Assembly (NCBI GenBank): GCA_965223155.1
Contig: CBDCVR010000015.1
Coordinates: forward strand, 1,184,001-1,248,000
Direction of reading: 5' to 3'
From: Candidatus Multivoradales bacterium
GTDB lineage: Bacteria; Acidobacteriota; Thermoanaerobaculia; Multivoradales; JAHEKO01
DNA: 64,000 nucleotides
This document shows positions 18,970 to 27,830 of this stretch, piece by piece. Made by a program: the position numbers and the translations under genes. Under the pieces are notes generated by a model. The model was not told the origin of the DNA and made no database searches. It worked only from the letters and a program-made list of their open reading frames with translations. Within the stretch, counting starts at the first letter, position 1, and each line of letters opens with the position of its first letter.

Positions 18970-21797
18970 CGAAACCCTAGGGTCGCGTGGCTATCCGCGG
19001 GTGCCAGGTAGCGCCGCTGCTGGATGTTGAGAGCGGTGCCCGCCGCCCGTCCCCGGACCGAGCGGAAACTCTCGCCGTACTGAGACTCGGGCCGCTCGTT
19101 GCCCGGGTAGGCCTGGTACCAGGAACCGGTCCACTCCAGAATGGGGAAGAGATTGGCGTCAAGACGTTGCGCCGCCGCCTCCCATTCGTACTCGGTGGGG
19201 AGCCGTTTGCCGAGAGCTTGGCAGAAGGCTCGGGCGGTATCGAAGTCGACTCCGGTCGCGAACCCCTCCTTGACGGCTGGCGGTGGACCGCCGGTGATGG
19301 TCTCGTAGTCGATGGCCTTGACTGGCGCGAGATCGAGCTCGAAGGCCGCGAGCCGAGCCTCGAAGCGAGGCTGCTGGTTGTAGTAGGAGGCTTCGCCGGC
19401 GGGCAGTCCGATGGCGTAGCGGCCGCCGCGCACCCGCGCCATTCTGGTTGTGGGTCGGGTGGTGGGCCGGGCCGCGGGCGCCCGCTCCGAGGGGGTTGGG
19501 GGTTTCGAAGACGGCTGCCTACCCGGCGATCGGGCCTCGACGCCTCGGGACGCCTTGGCCACGGCCTTCTGGGCCGACTCCAACTCGCTCTCCAGCGTGG
19601 CGATTCGATCGGCCTGCCGTCCGGTCTCGGAGCGGGCCTGTTCGAGCTGACCGGTGAGCTCGGCAACCTTCGCCTCGAGAACCCGTCTCCGACCCTCGTT
19701 CGCGGCCAGCGCCTCTCGGGCGCCGTCGAGGTGTTTGCGCAGCTCGGTCTCGGACTGGCTGGCGCCGGAGCGGGCCGCCTCAAGCTCCTCTTGGAGAGCC
19801 TCGTTTCTGCGGTTCGCCTCTTGGACGGCCCCGGCCAGACGGCTCCGCTCGCTTTCGACGGCATCCAGGCGGTCCTTGAGGTCGGTCGCTTTGGCGGATT
19901 CGACTTCGAGCCGTCGGTCCAGCTCACTCTGGGACGAGACGGATTTCTTCCGGGTTTCCTCGAGGGCCGCCTGGGCGTCCTCGAGCTCTGCCTTGGTCCG
20001 GTTGAGCTCCCCGGCGAGGTTCTGCCGCTCGGAACCGGCGTTCTCGAGGTCCGAGGCGAGCTCGGCCGCTTGCGCCGCGCTTGCAGCCAGATTGGCCTTG
20101 ATCTCCCGATTCTCGGCGGCCAGAGAGCTCAAGGACTGACGAACGGCCTCGATCTCGCTTTCGAGGTTCGAGACTCGAGTTCCGGACTCCGACTGCAGCG
20201 CCTCGAGACGGGAAGCGAGGCCATCGCGTTGGCCCGTGACTTCATCCAGCTTGGCATTGAGGTCCGCGGCCTGGGACTCGGCCTCGCGCAACCGGGCGCG
20301 GGTGGCCGCGAGCTCGGTTTCGAACTCACGGGTCGAGGCGCCCTGCTCGGTGCGGAGTTTGGCGATCCGGCCCTCCAGAGATGCGATCTCGGCGGCGAGC
20401 CTGGTGCCGGATTCACGGCTTTCGGCAAGCGCGGTCTCCGAGACGGCGAGTTTTTGGGAGAGGTCCTCGGTCTCTCGACTCCGTGCGCGTAGCGCGTCCC
20501 GAGTCTCGGCAAGATCGCTGGTCAGCTCTGTCCCGCGCTGCTGCGAGGCCTCCAGGTTGGCGGTCAGCACAAGGCCCTGCTCGCGGCTTTCCGCCAAGTC
20601 GCCTTCGAGCGCCGCGATCGAGGCATTGGCCGCCTCGAGGCCGGTCCGCGTTTGCGTCAGGTCCGCGCGCAACTGGTCGCGCTCGGCACGCACTTCGCGT
20701 GCCACCCGGACCTCGGCCGCGCCGTCGTCGATTTCCTTCTGGAGCCGGCGGCCGTGGGCCTCGGCCCGGTTGAGCTCCTTGTCCAGCCGGTTGCGTTCTT
20801 TGCGCAGTTCGCGATAGTCGGTGACCTCGTCTCCGGCCGAGGAGAGGTCCTTCTGGAGCCGGACGATCTCGTCTCGGGCGTGGGCGAGTGCTCGGTTCGT
20901 CTGGTCGCGTTCGCGGCGGAGCTCGCGGTAGTCGGCGACCTCCCCGTTGGCGGCTTCGAGTTGTTGCTCGAGACGCGAGGCCTCCGCGCGGGCGTCGGCA
21001 AGTGCTTGCTCGGCCTGGTCGCGTTCGCGGCGCAGCTCGCGGTAGTTGGCAACCTCGCCGCTGGCGGAATCCAGGTCGCCTTCCAGCGCCGAGATCTCCT
21101 CGCGGGCTCGAGCCACGTCGCGCAGCAGACGGTCGCGCTCCTCGCGGACCGGAGCCAACTCGATGAGTTGTTCGTTTGCGGCCGCGAGCTCGGTTTCGAG
21201 CCTGGACTTGTCTGATTGAACGCCGGTGAGGTCGCGCACGAGCCGATCTCGCTCGGCGGTGACCCCGTCGAGGGTCGTGACGCGCTCCCGCGCCGCGGCG
21301 ATCGAGCTCTCCAGGGTTGCGACCCGGTCGTTGGCGTCCGCCAAGGTGCCGCGCGCCGCTAGGAGATCGGCTTCGAGCGTTTGCTTCGCGGTCAAAGCTT
21401 CAGACAGTTCACGGGTGAGAGTGATTCTCCGATTCTCGGCCTGTTCCAGGTCCGCCCGCAGGCGCTGAACGTCGGCGGATGCGGCTGGACTAGGCGGGGT
21501 CGAGGCGCTGGCCGCCAGCTCGAGGCGGTTCGCCGGAACCCTGAAGCGAACCTGATGGCCCGGCTTGACGTCGGTTCCCGCGGGAAGCCGGAAGGCCGAC
21601 TCGCCGTCCTCGGTCGCGGCGATCTCGCCGTGGCCGAGCTCGATCCGCTGCGAACGGCCGCCCACGACCAGCTCGTAGTAGACCTCGCCTCGGTCCCCCG
21701 GCCGGAGACCGCCGAGGGTCCCTTGGTCGAGACGGGCGAGCGCACCATCGATGTCCAGAATCGTGGCCAGGACGACCACCAGCTCAGCTACGTTCAT
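18957..21797 (-). CDS. Long coiled-coil protein with small N-terminal beta domain and C-terminal FGE-sulfatase/CLec-fold domain
   Basis: N-term LDQGTLGGLRPGD (FlgT-C-like, low certainty); roughly 640 aa of E/A/L/R heptads; C-term ARAFCQALGKRLPTEYEWEAAA..LEWT..RSVRG..LGFRCAR. Confidence 0.8.
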   Translation of the reverse strand: MNVAELVVVLATILDIDGALARLDQGTLGGLRPGDRGEVYYELVVGGRSQRIELGHGEIAATEDGESAFRLPAGTDVKPGHQVRFRVPANRLELAASASTPPSPAASADVQRLRADLEQAENRRITLTRELSEALTAKQTLEADLLAARGTLADANDRVATLESSIAAARERVTTLDGVTAERDRLVRDLTGVQSDKSRLETELAAANEQLIELAPVREERDRLLRDVARAREEISALEGDLDSASGEVANYRELRRERDQAEQALADARAEASRLEQQLEAANGEVADYRELRRERDQTNRALAHARDEIVRLQKDLSSAGDEVTDYRELRKERNRLDKELNRAEAHGRRLQKEIDDGAAEVRVAREVRAERDQLRADLTQTRTGLEAANASIAALEGDLAESREQGLVLTANLEASQQRGTELTSDLAETRDALRARSRETEDLSQKLAVSETALAESRESGTRLAAEIASLEGRIAKLRTEQGASTREFETELAATRARLREAESQAADLNAKLDEVTGQRDGLASRLEALQSESGTRVSNLESEIEAVRQSLSSLAAENREIKANLAASAAQAAELASDLENAGSERQNLAGELNRTKAELEDAQAALEETRKKSVSSQSELDRRLEVESAKATDLKDRLDAVESERSRLAGAVQEANRRNEALQEELEAARSGASQSETELRKHLDGAREALAANEGRRRVLEAKVAELTGQLEQARSETGRQADRIATLESELESAQKAVAKASRGVEARSPGRQPSSKPPTPSERAPAARPTTRPTTRMARVRGGRYAIGLPAGEASYYNQQPRFEARLAAFELDLAPVKAIDYETITGGPPPAVKEGFATGVDFDTARAFCQALGKRLPTEYEWEAAAQRLDANLFPILEWTGSWYQAYPGNERPESQYGESFRSVRGRAAGTALNIQQRRYLAPADSHATLGFRCAR
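20673..21254 (-). repeat. Degenerate 114-bp (38-codon) tandem repeat, six anchors
   Basis: ER(D/N)(R/Q) codon blocks begin at + positions 20673, 20787, 20901, 21015, 21129 and 21243, exactly 114 bp apart. Three copies share EV(A/T)(D/N)YRELR(R/K)ER. Confidence 0.8.
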
Positions 21798-22816
21798 GAT
21801 TCGACCTCCATCGATTCGTCGAGACTTCGAATGTCGGTGACTTCGACCTCAACCACGTTCCGGTCGACGTCAACGGCTTGGTCAAGGGCCTCTTCGCGTT
21901 CGCGCATCTCGCTCAAGAGATCGGTTCCGCCTGCGGCTGCCCGCTTCGTTTCCGATTCGGTTGCCGACTCAGACCCGGCCCCTTTGAGCCGGTTCGGCGC
22001 TCCGGGATTTGGAGCCGACCCGGAGCGGCCGCGGCGAAGGCCTAAGAGGGCCGCGCCCGCGGCAAGGGCCACCAAGACCGTGATCGGCCAGCCCGACCAG
22101 CCCGAGATGCTGGCTTCTTCGGTGTCCCAAGACGACGGCGAGGTCGAGTCCGCGTCGGCTGCCCCGTCCGAGGCCGCGCTCTGACTCGAAGCCGCCGGCC
22201 CGGATTCTTCGGGCGCGCGAACGGCATCGGTCTCGGTGCGCACGCTCGTGGCCTCGTGGGAGGGCTCGCTGCCCGAAGCCGTGGATGCGGCTGGAGAGGA
22301 GTCCTCTGCCGGGGGTTGTGCACGCGGCTCGCTGGTTGTCGTCTGGCTTGCGTCGGCGCGGACGTCAGAGGCTGGATCTCGCCGCGGTCGCGGCGCGGGA
22401 ACCGGAGGTGGGCTCGATCGTTGACGGCGCTCCGGTGCCGTGGCCGTCGGCCGGGTGCGCTGTCTCGACGCTTCTGGCTTCGTGTCCGGTACGGCGGAAG
22501 AGGGTTCGGCGCCGGGCTCGGCCGGGTCCTCGCCGGAGGCCGGGCGGAGCCGCGCCCGCAACGTCTTGGGCTCGGCGTCAACCGCGACCGAGAGCGTCAG
22601 ACTCTCGAAGCCTTCTTTCGACAGGGTCAGGCGATACTTGCCCTGTGGGATCCCTTCGACGGTGAGCACGCCGGTGGAGCTGGTCTTGCCCAGCGGGACC
22701 CCGTCCCAGAAGACTTCGACGTCGGGCTGAGTCGAGATCACCAGCGATCCGCCGGGGGCCTCCGCCGCCAGGAAGAGCAGGGCAAAGGTGGCGAAAACAC
22801 TCATCACGGCATCCAT
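21794..22816 (-). CDS. PEGA-domain protein with Pro/Ser/Ala-rich linker and C-proximal transmembrane helix
   Basis: GSLVISTQPDVEVFWDGVPLGKT..IPQGKYRLTLSKEGFE (PEGA); TM ITVLVALAAGAALLGL followed by RRGR; acidic tail. ATGA overlap with the coiled-coil gene. Confidence 0.75.
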   Translation of the reverse strand: MDAVMSVFATFALLFLAAEAPGGSLVISTQPDVEVFWDGVPLGKTSSTGVLTVEGIPQGKYRLTLSKEGFESLTLSVAVDAEPKTLRARLRPASGEDPAEPGAEPSSAVPDTKPEASRQRTRPTATAPERRQRSSPPPVPAPRPRRDPASDVRADASQTTTSEPRAQPPAEDSSPAASTASGSEPSHEATSVRTETDAVRAPEESGPAASSQSAASDGAADADSTSPSSWDTEEASISGWSGWPITVLVALAAGAALLGLRRGRSGSAPNPGAPNRLKGAGSESATESETKRAAAGGTDLLSEMREREEALDQAVDVDRNVVEVEVTDIRSLDESMEVES

Positions 22817-22895
22817 CCGATCGACCCGCTACGCTATCCCGGCGGCGGTTGGTTGTCGAACCGAACCGCCCGTTGCCAGGCGCCTTTGCAAGCCC

Positions 22896-25385
22896 TCAGG
22901 GAGCATCGCCGGAAGGTCTCCGAATCAGGCGAACCGCCTCCAGAATCACCTGGTCGCAGGAGGCGGAGGAAGTACCTCGCAGCGTCACGTTCACGGTTCC
23001 CGGTCCTTCTAGAGCGATCTCGGTCACTCGGATCTCGGGCTTCGCGGTCGTCGGAGCGAGCGCCAGGAAAGCACGAGCCCGGGTCCCCCGTTGGACCAGC
23101 ATCCACTGGAGAGCGGGAGCGCAGTGCGGCGCTCGGTACCGAACCGACAGCTCGTAGGTCCCGCTCCGGTCCAGGACGGCCGTTTGCGTGATGAGGGTCC
23201 CCGGCGACGGGCGGACGGCGAGAACGCTCTCCCCGTCGAGGGAGCGGAGGGCGAGGTCCTCCGCAGCCTTGCGTGCCGTCTTCCAGCCGAAGTCCGTGCC
23301 CGCGAACGCAGCATCGAAGTCCCCGTTCCAGAGAAGATTGTGGCCGTCGAGGTAGTCGCGGTCCGTAACTCCTCGGAAGGCTTGCCAGTCGGCCCAGCCT
23401 TGGCGGGCCTCGGTCGTCAGACCCTGCTCGGCGAATATTCGTAGGATTCGATCCCGCCTGCCGTCGGGTGCCGGCAGCGAGGCTTGCCAGACCTCGAGCA
23501 GTGCCTTGCCGTCGGGCTCCGGGCGAAGCGGACTATCGCGTCTCGCGGCCAGCCGCAGGAGCTCGAGCTGGCTGCGGGCATCGCCCGGCCAGACGGCCCT
23601 CAGCTGATCGAACGAGGCTCCCGCGCGAGCGAAGACGGAAAACCCCAGGCGGCCGTTCGTGCCGGCATCCAGTGCCCGGCCGAAGGCCGCCAAACCGCCC
23701 TCGAGATCGCCGCCGCGCAAGAGGAAGTTGGCGTGAATCCAGGCCAGGTTCGGATCTCGAGGATTGCGCTCCCTGGCGCCGGCCAGGGCCTCGGCAGCTT
23801 CCGGCCGCCGCTGTGCCAGCTCGTAGGAGGTCGCCGCCTCCTGCCAGTATCGCCAGTCCGCCGGCTGGAGCGCGACCGCGCGCTCCAGCGCCTCGAGCGC
23901 TCCGGGGTTGTCGCCGTGGGCGCGGCGGACGAAGCCGAGCCGGAAGAGGGTCTCGGCGTTTCTCGGGTCGAGTCGCGCCGCCCGTTCGAGGTTGACCGGG
24001 CTGGGCTCGCCGAAGGTCAGGGCGCGGGCCGCGAGCCGATGTCCGGCGATGAGGCCCGAAACGGCGAGAATGCCGATGGCTATGAGGGAGACGAGACCGG
24101 CCGCGGGCAGCGCGTTTCCGGCACGGCCCCGGCCCCCGTGGGGAGCCTGGATGCCCAGGCCGCAACCCAGGAGGGCGGCGAAGGCAAGTGCGTTGGCGGG
24201 GATCTGGAGATTGAAGTCGACCAAGCCGTGGACGAGGAGGCCGACGACCGGGGCCAGAAGCAAGAGAGATCTTCTGGCCCGGGAGTCGTCCTCTCCGGCG
24301 ACCGCCGTCCGGATTTGGACGGCCAGCCACCAGCCCAGCAGGGCGAGAAGCATCGCGGCGACCGGCAATCCCCATTCGGCGGCCAGCTCCAGGTAGTCGT
24401 TGTGCGCGTGGTAGTAGGTGTTCTTGAGGTTCGGCGTCTGGAACTCGCGAAACCGCCAGCGGTACATTCCCGGTCCGACGCCGGCCAGAGGATGGTCGGC
24501 AACGAGAGCGAGAGTGTCGCGGTAGATCGTGAGCCGGTCCTTGAGCGACAGGAGGCCGGAACGCACCACGAGGGCGGCGGCCGCGGCCAAGGCCGCCGGC
24601 ACCGAGATGCCAAGGACAAGCGCTCCAGGACGGTTCCGGTTGCGCCGGAGCCGCCGCAGGAGAACGAGAGACGCCGTGAGGATGGCCGCGGAAGCGAAGG
24701 CCAGCCATCCGCCTTTCGAGTCCGAACGGTACAGAGCTGCGACGCAGACCGCGAGCATGGCGCCGGCGCCCAGCCGGAGTCCAGGCCGCGCCCCAGCCCG
24801 GCTCTCGCCGGGTTGCCCCCCGAACGGCGTCAGAAGAACGCCGGTCAGGATGAGGGCACCGATCGAGACCGCGCCGGCAAAGTGATTCGGATTGACGAAG
24901 GTTCCGGAGGCGAGATCGACCGGAATCTCGGGATCGGGACCCAAACTCGGAAGCAGTCCCGAGGCCGCGGCCAGACCGTAGAGCGCTTGCGCCGTCGAGA
25001 GACAGGCCAGGACGGCCAGCACGAGATCGGCTCGCCGCGTGCTCGCCGCGACCGCCGCCGCCGCGACCGTAAGGGCCGCCCAGACCGACGCGGCGAACAG
25101 AAACCCGTCGGCGCGAAGCGTCGGCAGCCCGACAAAGGCCGCGACCGGCGCTAGCCCGGGAAGCGCCAGGGCCCACCACCGGAGCGAAGCGCCCCTCCTC
25201 GCCTGGGCGACCAGGACCCGGCCGAAAGCGAGCGCGAGCGGGATCCAGATCGCCAGGCGGATCCAGGACGGCGTGCCGCCCAGGCCCACTGTCGCAGCGG
25301 CGACCACCCCCAAGAGCAAAGCCAGAGGGCCGGCGGGCACCTGCCCGGCTTCCGGCGCTGCTTCGGCCGGTGCTACCGACACCAC
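22896..25385 (-). CDS. O-antigen ligase (Wzy_C)-family membrane protein fused to TPR repeats and a CBM-like C-terminal domain
   Basis: SGTFVNPNHFAG, SDSKGG, PLAGVGPG, HAHNDYLELAAEWG, HGLVDFNLQIPAN; TPRs (ARLDPRNAE, ALQPADW, ERNPRDP); NLLWNGDFD. Confidence 0.8.
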   Translation of the reverse strand: MVSVAPAEAAPEAGQVPAGPLALLLGVVAAATVGLGGTPSWIRLAIWIPLALAFGRVLVAQARRGASLRWWALALPGLAPVAAFVGLPTLRADGFLFAASVWAALTVAAAAVAASTRRADLVLAVLACLSTAQALYGLAAASGLLPSLGPDPEIPVDLASGTFVNPNHFAGAVSIGALILTGVLLTPFGGQPGESRAGARPGLRLGAGAMLAVCVAALYRSDSKGGWLAFASAAILTASLVLLRRLRRNRNRPGALVLGISVPAALAAAAALVVRSGLLSLKDRLTIYRDTLALVADHPLAGVGPGMYRWRFREFQTPNLKNTYYHAHNDYLELAAEWGLPVAAMLLALLGWWLAVQIRTAVAGEDDSRARRSLLLLAPVVGLLVHGLVDFNLQIPANALAFAALLGCGLGIQAPHGGRGRAGNALPAAGLVSLIAIGILAVSGLIAGHRLAARALTFGEPSPVNLERAARLDPRNAETLFRLGFVRRAHGDNPGALEALERAVALQPADWRYWQEAATSYELAQRRPEAAEALAGARERNPRDPNLAWIHANFLLRGGDLEGGLAAFGRALDAGTNGRLGFSVFARAGASFDQLRAVWPGDARSQLELLRLAARRDSPLRPEPDGKALLEVWQASLPAPDGRRDRILRIFAEQGLTTEARQGWADWQAFRGVTDRDYLDGHNLLWNGDFDAAFAGTDFGWKTARKAAEDLALRSLDGESVLAVRPSPGTLITQTAVLDRSGTYELSVRYRAPHCAPALQWMLVQRGTRARAFLALAPTTAKPEIRVTEIALEGPGTVNVTLRGTSSASCDQVILEAVRLIRRPSGDAP

Positions 25386-25391
25386 GGACTG

Positions 25392-27665
25392 CTAGCGGTT
25401 GCCGGCGGGCGACGTGTTGTACGAATCGTAGTAGCCGTACTTCGAGTAGTACCCGTACCGGAAGCGCGAGCTTTCAACGCCGTTCAGCACTACGCCCAGG
25501 ATCGAGGCGCCGACGCTCTGAAGCAGGTTCGCGGTCCGTCCGACCAAGGCCCGAGGAGTCCGTCCGCTGCGAGCGACCAGGATGACGCCATCGGCGTGCT
25601 GCGAGATGACGAGCGGATCCGACAGCTCGAGAGCGGGCGGGCTATCGATGACGACGTGGGTGAAGTACTCGCGCATCAGATTGATGCCGCGATCCATCCG
25701 CTCCGAGCCGAGAAGCTCAGGGGGATTGGGTGGGGTCTGCCCCGCGCCGACGAAGAACAGGTTGGACACCTCGGTGGTGACGATGAGCGAGGACAGATCG
25801 GAAGTACCGGCGAGAAAGCCGCTCAACCCGACTTCGTCCTCGATGTCGAGGAGCGCTCCGAGCCGTGGCCGTCGCAGGTCCATATCGACCAGGAGGGTTC
25901 GGTTGCCGGCCTGGGCGAGCGCGATTGCGATATTCGCGGCGGTGGTGGACTTGCCTTCCGAGGGTGCCGCCGAGGTGATGAGGATTGTCTGCGGCGGCTT
26001 GCCGGAGTGCGACAGGAGAATCGAGGTGCGCAAGGCGCGGTAGGCCTCGCGTGCCCGCGCGCTTTCGCGGGTCGTTTCGGCGTCGGAGAGCAAGATCTGG
26101 TGCCCTTCCGCCCGATGCCGGCGCAGCCGTGCCCGAAGGCCCCTGGCGGGAGGATCGAGCCTCGGGATGACGCCCAGGCTCGGCAGGTTCAGATACTTGG
26201 TGACGTCGTCGGCGCTCTTCAGACTGTTGTCGATGAGCTCGACGACGAATGCTACGACCACTCCCAGACTGGCCCCAAGGAGGAGCGCCAGAAAAAGGGC
26301 CTGCGTTTTGTTCGGCGTGTAGGGCGAGACCGGTCGCAAGGCGGGCTGAGTGACCGCGATGTTCTGGACTTGGATGCCGGCGGCGACTCCGGCTTCCTTG
26401 AGACGGGTCAGAACGCTCTCGTAGAGTTGCTTGCTAGTCTCTGCCTCCTGCTTGAGCAAGTCGTACTCGGCGGTCTCGGCCCGGTTCTCGCCAACGGAAG
26501 ACCGCACCGAGTTGCGCTCGGCCTGAAGCCGTCCGCGCCGTGAGCGCAGAAGTTGCAGCTCGCGTAGCGCTCGATCGGCGGCCCGGTCCTTTTCGGCCGC
26601 AAGCTGCAGATCCAGCTCGGCGAGCTTGTCCCGGGTGTCCTGAACCTCCGGCCAGGCGGGGCCGAAACGAGCCCGCAGCTCCGCCAGCTTGTTCTCGAGC
26701 TCCCGCCGCTGCGACAGCATGGCAAGGATGGAGGAGTCCAAGATGGAATCCGGAAGGTTTTCCACCGACGAGCGGCGGATGGTGTCGTACTTGGCCGCCT
26801 GGGCGGCGATGTCGTCGTCGGCGCGGGTAATGGCTTGGCTCAAGTCATTGAGTTGCTGCTGGCTAGAGCTACGTTCGCCGCCGAGGTTCTCGAGATTGTT
26901 CTCGCTGGCGTATTCGTACAGGCGCCGTTCCGACGCTTCGAAATCGATCTTGAGGTCTTCGAGCTGCTTCTGGAGAAATTCCGTGGCTTGGCCGATGCGG
27001 CTGAAGCTGGCCTCCAATTGCTCGTCCACGAAGAGCTGAGCGAGGCCGTTGGCGACCAGTTGGGCCGCGTCGCGGTCCGGCGAGTCAAAGTGGATGTTGA
27101 TCAGCCAGGTGCGGCGAACCGGTTGGACCGAAGAGTATTGGCGCACACGGTTGATGAGAGCCCGTTGCCCCGGTTTCGAGCCCCTGGCTCGGATGGAGTC
27201 TCCGCGAACGAGTCGCTTGGCCACTGCCAGCGCGCTCTCTCCTCCTTCCCTCAGAATGCCGGACTTGATGGGCGCGATGAACGCTTCGTTGTCCGCCAAG
27301 TCGAGCCGTTCGACCACCTTCTCGGCCAAAGCCGAGCTCCTGAGCTTGGTGATCTCGGTCTGCAGAGCCTCGTCCTGGCTGCGTCCTCGCCGGGCCTGTC
27401 CCAGGTCCTGGAAGGGGAGTACGTTGGCCGGGTTCGGATCGACCTGAATCGTCGCGGTCGAGCGGTAGAGCGGGGTGATCGTTGCGACCTGGAGCGCCGT
27501 ACCCGCGACCACCAGGGCCAGCATGCCGGCCACCCAACGCCAGCGGCGCTGCAGAATCTCGAGATAGCGCCGTAGCGAAAAGACGTCCGAATCGAGCCCG
27601 GCGGGTTGCTCGATAACCGCTGGAACCCCGAACGGATTCTCTTTTTTGGGAACGAGTTGGCCCAT
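25392..27665 (-). CDS. wzc: Polysaccharide co-polymerase / BY tyrosine autokinase (Wzc/GumC)
   Basis: Wzz N-term (RRWRW..TPLYRSTATIQV), two TMs, Walker A SAAPSEGKST, A' VDMDLRRP, B VIDSPP, C-terminal Tyr cluster YGYYSKYGYYDSY. Confidence 0.92.
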   Translation of the reverse strand: MGQLVPKKENPFGVPAVIEQPAGLDSDVFSLRRYLEILQRRWRWVAGMLALVVAGTALQVATITPLYRSTATIQVDPNPANVLPFQDLGQARRGRSQDEALQTEITKLRSSALAEKVVERLDLADNEAFIAPIKSGILREGGESALAVAKRLVRGDSIRARGSKPGQRALINRVRQYSSVQPVRRTWLINIHFDSPDRDAAQLVANGLAQLFVDEQLEASFSRIGQATEFLQKQLEDLKIDFEASERRLYEYASENNLENLGGERSSSQQQLNDLSQAITRADDDIAAQAAKYDTIRRSSVENLPDSILDSSILAMLSQRRELENKLAELRARFGPAWPEVQDTRDKLAELDLQLAAEKDRAADRALRELQLLRSRRGRLQAERNSVRSSVGENRAETAEYDLLKQEAETSKQLYESVLTRLKEAGVAAGIQVQNIAVTQPALRPVSPYTPNKTQALFLALLLGASLGVVVAFVVELIDNSLKSADDVTKYLNLPSLGVIPRLDPPARGLRARLRRHRAEGHQILLSDAETTRESARAREAYRALRTSILLSHSGKPPQTILITSAAPSEGKSTTAANIAIALAQAGNRTLLVDMDLRRPRLGALLDIEDEVGLSGFLAGTSDLSSLIVTTEVSNLFFVGAGQTPPNPPELLGSERMDRGINLMREYFTHVVIDSPPALELSDPLVISQHADGVILVARSGRTPRALVGRTANLLQSVGASILGVVLNGVESSRFRYGYYSKYGYYDSYNTSPAGNR

Positions 27666-27769
27666 CCTGGCTCCGATGGCCGGCTTCGATAGCTAGCTTC
27701 GATTGCTTCGAGCGGGCTCCACCCGCCGCCGGAGCCATTCATTCTATGCAACCCACCTTGCGATCACAA

Positions 27770-27798
27770 TTGCGCGACTGGTGTAGAGGGCCTATAAT
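27770..27798 (+). promoter_or_regulatory. Sigma70-type promoter
   Basis: TTGCGC (27770-75), 17-bp spacer, TATAAT (27793-98); RBS GGAGG 27821-25 before ATG 27831. Confidence 0.7.
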
Positions 27799-27830
27799 GC
27801 ATTCCGTCACCCACTGTGGGGGAGGAAACT

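Noticed and set aside
17395-19442. FGE/CLec C-termini ending GFRC as diversity-generating retroelement targets
   Set aside because: No reverse transcriptase, no Avd and no template repeat differing at adenines in the window. The two termini are not near-identical at the DNA level. A remote DGR cannot be excluded.
17395-19442. True formylglycine-generating enzymes maturing sulfatases
   Set aside because: The catalytic Cys pair and RGGS motif are absent, the domains are truncated, and no sulfatase (CxPxR) gene is seen.
20673-21254. CRISPR-like periodic repeat
   Set aside because: The repeats are in-frame, degenerate and coding, with a 114-bp period; there are no unique spacers or cas genes.
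18957-21797. SMC/SbcC-like ATPase or phage tape-measure protein
   Set aside because: No Walker motifs or hinge, and no phage genes nearby.
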